From positions 992,001-1,056,000 of the forward strand of contig CAWJLW010000006.1 of NCBI GenBank assembly GCA_963843795.1: a stretch of DNA of 64,000 nt, written 5' to 3'. This DNA comes from an uncultured bacterium. Its GTDB lineage: Bacteria; Armatimonadota; Abditibacteriia; Abditibacteriales; Abditibacteriaceae. Below are positions 58,101-64,000 of the stretch, piece after piece. Under the pieces are notes generated by a model. That model did not search any database. It saw only the letters and a program-made list of their open reading frames with translations, and was not told where the DNA came from. The first letter of the stretch is position 1. Every line of letters begins with the position of its first letter. The position numbers and the translations under genes were made by a program.

Positions 58101-59489
58101 TTATTCGCGTCCATCGCGCAAGACACCGTAGCCAAATACGATATCGTCGAGCGTTTTTTCGTAAATATTGATGTTGACAATCGGCGCGCCGCCGTTATCA
58201 ATCGCGTCCGGCCCGACGCTGTATAAAACGTAATTATCGCCATTGGGCCGATAATGCAGCGGCAGTTCGGGCGCGAACGGATCGCGCGGAACCTGCGGCA
58301 AGTACTTGCCGCACAATTCGTCCAAAGTTTGGGGAAATTTGCCGTTCTCTTTGTTGAAGGCTTGCAGCGCAAATGCGGTCATCAGCAAGCGATGCAGTGC
58401 GAAATTCTTTGTTCTCGTCATCACGTAGCGATTCAAGCCGTTAATCTTGCCGGAGCTTGTGTAAATCGAAGTCAGATAATCGCTGAATGGGTCGGCAGCG
58501 GGCGCTATTTCTTTGACTTTACGACTGAAAGGCAATTGGGATTGCGCGATGGCTTTATCCATGGTGTCGAGATAATTGCGCTGAATTTGGCTATCAGAAA
58601 ACGTGCGGGTTTTCTTGACGGCTTCGGGCGTGCGAAGAAATTGTCCCATACTTTTTGGATCGCCAGCACGGAATTTCGTCCAATTGTCGCGCATCATAAG
58701 TTGCTGCAATTCCACTAATCCATCCCATTTCGCTTCGGGCGTAACGGCAGAAAACTCGGCCATGCGCTTTTCCAAACTTTCCATGCGTTTGGCGGCGTTC
58801 AATGCGGTTTGCGCATCGCATTTGTTCACCCATTGCGGCATATCTTTGTAACCGTAACTTTGAATCGCTGTGGCGACCAAAGAACCAATCGCGTTGCCAC
58901 CGTTTTGTAATTCAGTTCCCATCTGCACAATGTCCAGAGCGCCATTGATGGCTTCATTCCATTGCTTATCGGCGGCATAAACTCGATTGCGCTGCGTCAT
59001 CAAGCGCATCAGCGAACGCAATTTGGCGTAAGGCGGTTCGGTCGCGTAGAGGCCACGCGCGGACGGGACCATTATTGGCAATTGCAAACCTTGCTGAACT
59101 AAATCAAGCGAACGGGCATTTTTCGCCGTGAACGAACGCTGCCGCTTCAAATCTTCTTCAGGCGACAATTTTTCCATCGCATCCGGCGAGCCTTCGCCGC
59201 CTTGTTGAATGCTTTGCGCGGCTCGCACCAGCAAATCGTAGCCATTGAGCTTGGGCAAATCGACTTTGGGAGCCGGAAATTCTGTGGCGAATTTCGAAAT
59301 ATCGGGCGGCGTTGGCGTGGGACGCAGCGCAATTGCGGGCGTTTTGGCTGGTTGTCGCGCTGCGGACTGACGCGGAATCAAAGCCGGTTCGGCTGGCGTT
59401 GCGGAATTGCAGCCTGCGAAAATTGTGGGCGCGAGAAAGCAAAAACTGAAGTGCAAGTACTTGCGGGACGATGAAGCAAAGCGTGGCAT
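58101..59489 (-). CDS. Lipoprotein with a C-terminal GspG/pseudopilin-like motif (paralog 2)
   Basis: Lipobox FAGC, NGYDLLVRAA shared with its neighbour, FPQTLDELCGKYLPQVPRDPFA...LYSVGPDAIDNGG. Start placed at ATG 59489. Confidence 0.75.
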   Translation of the reverse strand: MPRFASSSRKYLHFSFCFLAPTIFAGCNSATPAEPALIPRQSAARQPAKTPAIALRPTPTPPDISKFATEFPAPKVDLPKLNGYDLLVRAAQSIQQGGEGSPDAMEKLSPEEDLKRQRSFTAKNARSLDLVQQGLQLPIMVPSARGLYATEPPYAKLRSLMRLMTQRNRVYAADKQWNEAINGALDIVQMGTELQNGGNAIGSLVATAIQSYGYKDMPQWVNKCDAQTALNAAKRMESLEKRMAEFSAVTPEAKWDGLVELQQLMMRDNWTKFRAGDPKSMGQFLRTPEAVKKTRTFSDSQIQRNYLDTMDKAIAQSQLPFSRKVKEIAPAADPFSDYLTSIYTSSGKINGLNRYVMTRTKNFALHRLLMTAFALQAFNKENGKFPQTLDELCGKYLPQVPRDPFAPELPLHYRPNGDNYVLYSVGPDAIDNGGAPIVNINIYEKTLDDIVFGYGVLRDGRE

Positions 59490-59647
59490 GAAAAGTTTCC
59501 TTTCGAGGGTTTTATCGACAACACCTGATTTGGGGTGCATCCATTATAACCGACAATTGGCGCATTTTCGGTGGCGAAAGTCGGGACGAAAACTCCAAAA
59601 GCCACCTGCAAGTACTTGCAAGTGGCTTTTCGGGACGAAAATTCGGG

Positions 59648-60550
59648 TTACATTTTCAGGGTTTTGAGATCGATTTCGCCAGTGAAAGCGGTTGTCGCGG
59701 GGCCGGTCATATAAACGTGGTCATTATCGGCCCAGTCGATTTCCAGATCGCCACCGGGCAAATGCACCAGCGCGCGGCGTTTCTCGGCGGGCAACTTTCC
59801 GTTCAAGGCCGCTGCGACCGTCACCGCGCACGCGCCGCTGCCACACGCCAAAGTGTCACCTGCGCCCCGTTCCCATGTGCGCATCCACAGTTTATGCGGG
59901 CCGATAACCTTCACGAAATGCACGTTGGTACGCGCGGGAAACATTTCGTGATGTTCAATGGCGAAACCCAGCTCTTTCAAGGGCACCGATTCAACATCAT
60001 CGACAAAAATGACGACGTGCGGATTGCCCATGGAAACTGCTGTGATGCGGAACTCTTCGCCCTCGACATGCAGCGTTTCATTAATCACATGATGATCGTG
60101 GCCGTTGCCTTCGAGCGAGGCCATCGGAATTTGCGAACGCTGCAAGCGCGGCGCACCCATATCGACGCGCACGCGCAAATCGCGCGCGCCACGCTTTCCG
60201 GCATCTAAAATTTCAACGCTTTGCAAACCTTGCGTGGTCGCGACCGAAACGCTTTGCGCATCGACGTGGCCATTATCATATAAGTATTTGGCGAAACAAC
60301 GAATGCCATTGCCGCACATTTCGCTTTCGCTGCCATCGGGATTGAACATCCGCATTCGATAATCGGCGTGCTCGTCGGGCAGAATCAGAATCACGCCATC
60401 GGCACCAACGCCAAAATGACGAATGCAGACCGCTTCGCTGAACGATTCCAAATGCTCGGTCGGAATGGGTTCTCCTTCAAGGCAATCGATCATCACAAAA
60501 TCGTTGCCCAAACCGTGCATTTTGATAAATTTGACAGTGTCAGTTTTCAT
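59648..60550 (-). CDS. dapF: Diaminopimelate epimerase
   Basis: KMHGLGNDF, GVGADG, NPDGSESEMCGNG, SMGNPH, ERGAGDTLACGSG. Confidence 0.97.
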   Translation of the reverse strand: MKTDTVKFIKMHGLGNDFVMIDCLEGEPIPTEHLESFSEAVCIRHFGVGADGVILILPDEHADYRMRMFNPDGSESEMCGNGIRCFAKYLYDNGHVDAQSVSVATTQGLQSVEILDAGKRGARDLRVRVDMGAPRLQRSQIPMASLEGNGHDHHVINETLHVEGEEFRITAVSMGNPHVVIFVDDVESVPLKELGFAIEHHEMFPARTNVHFVKVIGPHKLWMRTWERGAGDTLACGSGACAVTVAAALNGKLPAEKRRALVHLPGGDLEIDWADNDHVYMTGPATTAFTGEIDLKTLKM

Positions 60551-60586
60551 GATTTGAATTTTGAGTAGTCACTTGAGGCGCTTGCT

Positions 60587-60733
60587 TTAGCGATGGCTGA
60601 GCCAGAAGGCGACGAACGCCATGAATCCGCCAGCACCGCCAACCAGTGCGATCAAGAACAGAAAATTTTTCAAGCCTTCAATGACTTCATCGTCATACCA
60701 ATCGTTTTTGCTTTCGCGTAGAAATTTGAACAT
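60587..60733 (-). CDS. Small single-pass membrane protein (48 aa), below the ORF-track cutoff
   Basis: MFKFLRESKNDWYDDEVIEGLKNFLFLIALVGGAGGFMAFVAFWLSHR*, with GAGGG upstream. Fills the gap upstream of dapF. Confidence 0.65.
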   Translation of the reverse strand: MFKFLRESKNDWYDDEVIEGLKNFLFLIALVGGAGGFMAFVAFWLSHR

Positions 60734-60799
60734 AACTTAAAACCCTCGCAACCAAATTACCCCAAACATTTTAACGCGAAACCAAAGCCGTGCGCACAA

Positions 60800-60829
60800 A
60801 AACGCCCTGCAAGTACTTGCAGGGCGTTT
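60800..60829. repeat. 30-bp perfect palindrome centred on GCAAGTACTTGC (terminator-like)
   Basis: AAACGCCCTGCAAGT|ACTTGCAGGGCGTTT. Confidence 0.88.
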
Positions 60830-60857
60830 GATATGACTGTTTTTCGATGGTCGTTAA

Positions 60858-61928
60858 TTAATTGGTTGGCAAATCGAGCGGCGCGATTTCCAGGATGCTG
60901 CCCAGCTCCTGCGTTTGTTTGATTGGGCCGCCGGTCTGCAAAAACCACTCTGTTTTGGCGACCGGAAGGCGATTTTCCATGCGCACGGTTTTATCAACGC
61001 CCGCATCAATGTTCAATTGCGTGTTGTTGTCGGCCCCGAAACGTGCGCGCGTGAGAGCGAGCCATTGGCCGCTTGAAGCCTGTACCCAACCTTGCCCGAA
61101 GCGCGCGCGCCGCGCTTGCAAGACGCTTTTACCATCGCGCCGGAAATCTTCGATGAACGAATACAAACCGCGAATATCGCGCGAGGTCGAAGGTGCGCGC
61201 AGCGAAGCCATTAATTTCCAATCTTTGATGCCATCGCCGCTAATATAGGCGCTATAAATCACGCGGTCGCGGTCGGAGGTGGCGCGAATCATAAAGCGAT
61301 AAGTGCGACCGGTTTTCCACGAGAACGGCCATACGGTTTTCACTCCGGTGCCTTCGCCGCCAAAACGCGTCGCCTCGACTCCATCGCCCGGAGCTAAAAC
61401 TTCCACACGATAAGGCGCGGTCACGGCGTCGGGATTATCGCCGCGCCAATTGTCCCAGACTGAAAAAATCGCGATTTTGCGCTTGTCTGGTAACTCTTGC
61501 AAACCAAAATATCCGCCGCCAAAGCCCAGCGCCATGAAATAGGAGCCGGGAGTCGAATCGTCAATGGTCATTTCGGTAACGGCGATTTGCGCGGGCGGCG
61601 CGGCCCACCACAAATGTACCGAGCGCGCTGCCTGCGGATTTTGTGCTGGATTGACGGCTGGAGCGGTTTCGGTCGCGCTTTGGGCGCGTGGTGCTTGGAT
61701 TGGAAGCGGCGCGCTTTGACGTTGCTGGTTTTGATGTTGTGGAGAAGTTTGTTGCGGCGGAATCGAATTCACCGGCGCGGGCGGCAATGTGGGCAGAGTT
61801 GTTTCGTATTCGCCGGGGGCAAGATTATCGTCGCGCTGGGCTTGTGCCCACAATGGCGTTGTCGCGGCGAAAAGGGCGCCCGACATCACGCCGAAGCGAA
61901 CTAAATTGCGGTGTAGAAAGCTGTGCAT
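60858..61928 (-). CDS. Secreted DUF3472-like protein
   Basis: Signal peptide, Pro/Gln linker, GGYFGLQE...IFSVWD, RFGGEGTG, YSFIEDF. Confidence 0.75.
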   Translation of the reverse strand: MHSFLHRNLVRFGVMSGALFAATTPLWAQAQRDDNLAPGEYETTLPTLPPAPVNSIPPQQTSPQHQNQQRQSAPLPIQAPRAQSATETAPAVNPAQNPQAARSVHLWWAAPPAQIAVTEMTIDDSTPGSYFMALGFGGGYFGLQELPDKRKIAIFSVWDNWRGDNPDAVTAPYRVEVLAPGDGVEATRFGGEGTGVKTVWPFSWKTGRTYRFMIRATSDRDRVIYSAYISGDGIKDWKLMASLRAPSTSRDIRGLYSFIEDFRRDGKSVLQARRARFGQGWVQASSGQWLALTRARFGADNNTQLNIDAGVDKTVRMENRLPVAKTEWFLQTGGPIKQTQELGSILEIAPLDLPTN

Positions 61929-62006
61929 GGAAAACTCCTGTGTTCTGTGATGAAAGCTGTAAAGTGTGCTGCGTTAATCGTTCGAAAACTATGCCATTGC
62001 GTCGCG

Positions 62007-62807
62007 CTATCTGAAAGCGATACCGAACAATTGTTGCGCGTTGCGCGCAGTTTGCGCGCCCAAGTCTTCAATTGTCACGCCGCGCAATTCGGCCAAAAAT
62101 TGCGCCGTATAGGCCACAAACGCCGGTTCGTTGGTCTTACCACGTTTGGGAACCGGCGCGAGATAGGGCGCATCGGTTTCAATCAGTAAGCGTTCCACAG
62201 GACACCATTTTGCGACTTCGCGCACGATGTGCGAATTCTTGAAAGTCATGATACCGCCGAAACCCAGGTAAAAACCCTGCGCAAGTACTTGCTGAGCCAA
62301 TTCCCTGTCGCCGGTGAAACAGTGCACCACGCCACGCGCACCCGGTACGCTTTTTATTGCGTTCAGTAAGACTTGGTCGGCATCGCGATTGTGTAAAACC
62401 ACTGGCAAATCGAGTTCGCGCGCGATTTGCATTTGCGCGCGCAAAACTTCGATTTGTCGTGCGCGCGTCGCGCCCGGATATTCCGCGTGCGAATCGTCGT
62501 AAAACCAATCCAGACCAATTTCGCCGACCGCCACCATGCGCTGATTTTGCAACAATTCGCGCAATCTTTGCGGCGAACCGTCATCGTCCCACTCCAACGC
62601 GCGCTGCGGATGCACGCCCGCCGACGCATAAATTTCGACGTTATGCGTTGGTTGTTGCAACTGTTGCTGGATAAATGTGGCTGTTTCCAAGCTATCGGCG
62701 ACATTGAGAATCGCGCTGACATTCGCGGCGTGCGCGCGCTGTAAAACCGCGTCCCAATCGGACGCCAACTTTTCATCGGCCAAATGACAATGAGAATCGA
62801 AAAGCAT
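62007..62807 (-). CDS. tatD: TatD-family nuclease
   Basis: FDSHCHL, GVHP, VGEIGLD, LHNR, VHCF, IETDAPYL. Confidence 0.93.
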   Translation of the reverse strand: MLFDSHCHLADEKLASDWDAVLQRAHAANVSAILNVADSLETATFIQQQLQQPTHNVEIYASAGVHPQRALEWDDDGSPQRLRELLQNQRMVAVGEIGLDWFYDDSHAEYPGATRARQIEVLRAQMQIARELDLPVVLHNRDADQVLLNAIKSVPGARGVVHCFTGDRELAQQVLAQGFYLGFGGIMTFKNSHIVREVAKWCPVERLLIETDAPYLAPVPKRGKTNEPAFVAYTAQFLAELRGVTIEDLGAQTARNAQQLFGIAFR

Positions 62808-62848
62808 AAAATCGGCCTGCAAGTACTTGCAAGGTGTAAAACGTAAAA

Positions 62849-64000
62849 TTAGCGGTACCAATCATCGCGCCGCAGCGGCAAATTCAGTTGTCCGCGTTTA
62901 TCTGGCTTGGCCAAAAGGGTTTGAAAAATTGTCACGCGGTTGGTGCTGAAACCATAGGCCGAAGACGCCATATACAAACGCCACACGCGATAAGTCGCTT
63001 CATCGACGCATTGCAGCGCTCGCTCGCGATTGAGTTCCAAATTTTTCACCCAGTGGCGCAGCGTCAAGGTGTAATGTTCGCGCAACGACTCGACATCGCG
63101 CACTTCCCAACCGGCTTCTTCGGCACGCTGCAACGTGAGGTTTATCGGCACGGTTTCGCCATCGGGAAACACATAGGTGTCTATGAAATTGCCCGCTGAG
63201 GGCGGCTGATTGGTCGCGTTATACGCGATGCCATGGTTGAGAAAAACGCCCTGCGGCTGGAGATGCTCCAGAGCGCGCTCGAAATATTCGGCGAGCTTGG
63301 CGCTGCCGACGTGCTCGAACATTCCAATGCTTGCCAGCGCATCGTATTCTTGTCTTGTCTCGATGTCGCGGTAATCGCGTAATTGCACGCGACAGCGTGC
63401 GCTCAATCCGGCTTCTCGAATACGCTGGTGCGCAAGTTCAACTTGCGGCTCACTGAGCGTGATTCCGGTCGCATCGACGCCGTAATATTTGGCGGCGTGC
63501 ATCACCAGAGCGCCCCAACCGCAGCCCAAGTCGAGCAATTTTTGTCCGGGCTTCAAGCGCAACTTGCGACAAATTAAATCTAATTTCGCGGTTTGCGCAC
63601 TATCCAAATCGTCATTTTCGCTGGCGAAATACGCGCAGGAATAAACCATTTGCGCGTCGAGCCACAGACTGTAAAATTCATTCGACGCGTTGTAATGATA
63701 AGCAACGGCTTGCAAATCGCGTTGCGGCGAATGGCGTTCGCCTTTGAGTTGCGCCGGTGCGCGCGGTGTCAGATCGGTTTTGCTGCGCGGCAAGCGCAAC
63801 AATTTGATGGCCGCGCCCAATTTGCGCCCGACGCCTAGACGATTGAGTTCGAGTTCATCGGCCAAGCGCAAAACCGCTTCGATGTCGCCTTCAATGTCGA
63901 ATTCGTCGCGCAAAAAGCCTTCGCCCAAACCGCGTTCATGGCCGGATGCGAAAATCGTGCGCAACGCGCCGGGAAATTTCAAAACGACTGTCGCTGCGCG
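62849..64000 (-). CDS. cfa: Cyclopropane-fatty-acyl-phospholipid synthase family methyltransferase (5' partial)
   Basis: YHYNASNEFY, MVYSCAYF, LDLGCGWG, SIGMFEHVG, YVFPDG. Frame is open to the window end. Confidence 0.9.
   Translation of the reverse strand, partial: RAATVVLKFPGALRTIFASGHERGLGEGFLRDEFDIEGDIEAVLRLADELELNRLGVGRKLGAAIKLLRLPRSKTDLTPRAPAQLKGERHSPQRDLQAVAYHYNASNEFYSLWLDAQMVYSCAYFASENDDLDSAQTAKLDLICRKLRLKPGQKLLDLGCGWGALVMHAAKYYGVDATGITLSEPQVELAHQRIREAGLSARCRVQLRDYRDIETRQEYDALASIGMFEHVGSAKLAEYFERALEHLQPQGVFLNHGIAYNATNQPPSAGNFIDTYVFPDGETVPINLTLQRAEEAGWEVRDVESLREHYTLTLRHWVKNLELNRERALQCVDEATYRVWRLYMASSAYGFSTNRVTIFQTLLAKPDKRGQLNLPLRRDDWYR

Larger units (their letters stand above)
720..62830. 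repeat. Dispersed highly iterated 12-bp palindrome GCAAGTACTTGC (42 exact copies counted)
   Basis: Exact copies start at 720, 996, 1389, 3345, 4524, 5893, 6806, 8698, 10861, 11934, 14220, 14967, 16346, 17323, 18304, 19999, 21268, 22065, 23119, 24374, 25176, 28218, 30977, 31017, 32617, 36812, 37677, 39060, 45976, 46017, 48437, 51373, 54678, 54905, 55310, 58059, 58298, 59453, 59608, 60809, 62281, 62819. Near-copies include 3559, 5881, 9458, 13050, 26900, 26912, 35388, 40953, 41345, 41967, 42093. Confidence 0.97.

Noticed and set aside
720..62830. GCAAGTACTTGC repeats as a CRISPR array
   Set aside because: Only 12 bp are shared, spacing is irregular (tens of bp to several kb), copies lie inside genes, and no cas genes are present.
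4532..62861. Extended N-termini in the ORF track that run through the palindrome (e.g. 4532, 9450, 10850, 28221, 48409, 62861)
   Set aside because: The motif and its flanks supply TTG/GTG codons and stop-free frames. Family homology and RBS position favour the downstream starts used here.

Overview
Gene-dense bacterial chromosomal window. The DUF1559/H-X9-DG prepilin-like genes, large secreted repeat protein and carbohydrate-active genes suggest an Armatimonadota/Abditibacteriota-like organism (inference only). It holds housekeeping genes (lon, clpX, nadD, rsfS, pgi, manA-like, dapF, dapL, mgtE, tatD, cfa, tRNase Z, tRNA-Leu-CAG), glycan-use genes (GH29, GH30-like, beta-helix proteins), two GT-C-type membrane proteins and two prepilin-like/FG-GAP/TPR modules. 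The dominant unexplained signal is a highly iterated 12-bp palindrome, GCAAGTACTTGC. I counted 42 exact copies by eye (about 1 per 1.5 kb, versus about 0.004 expected by chance) plus many near-copies. Twenty lie inside genes, mostly read as Q-V-L-A. Twenty-two are intergenic, where the motif often forms the centre of loop-less perfect palindromes up to 52 bp with site-specific arms. This looks like a HIP1- or DNA-uptake-sequence-like genome-wide system that I do not recognise. Clusters of single-base indels in dapL, one FG-GAP gene and a kinase gene are most likely sequencing errors. All counts and coordinates are manual.
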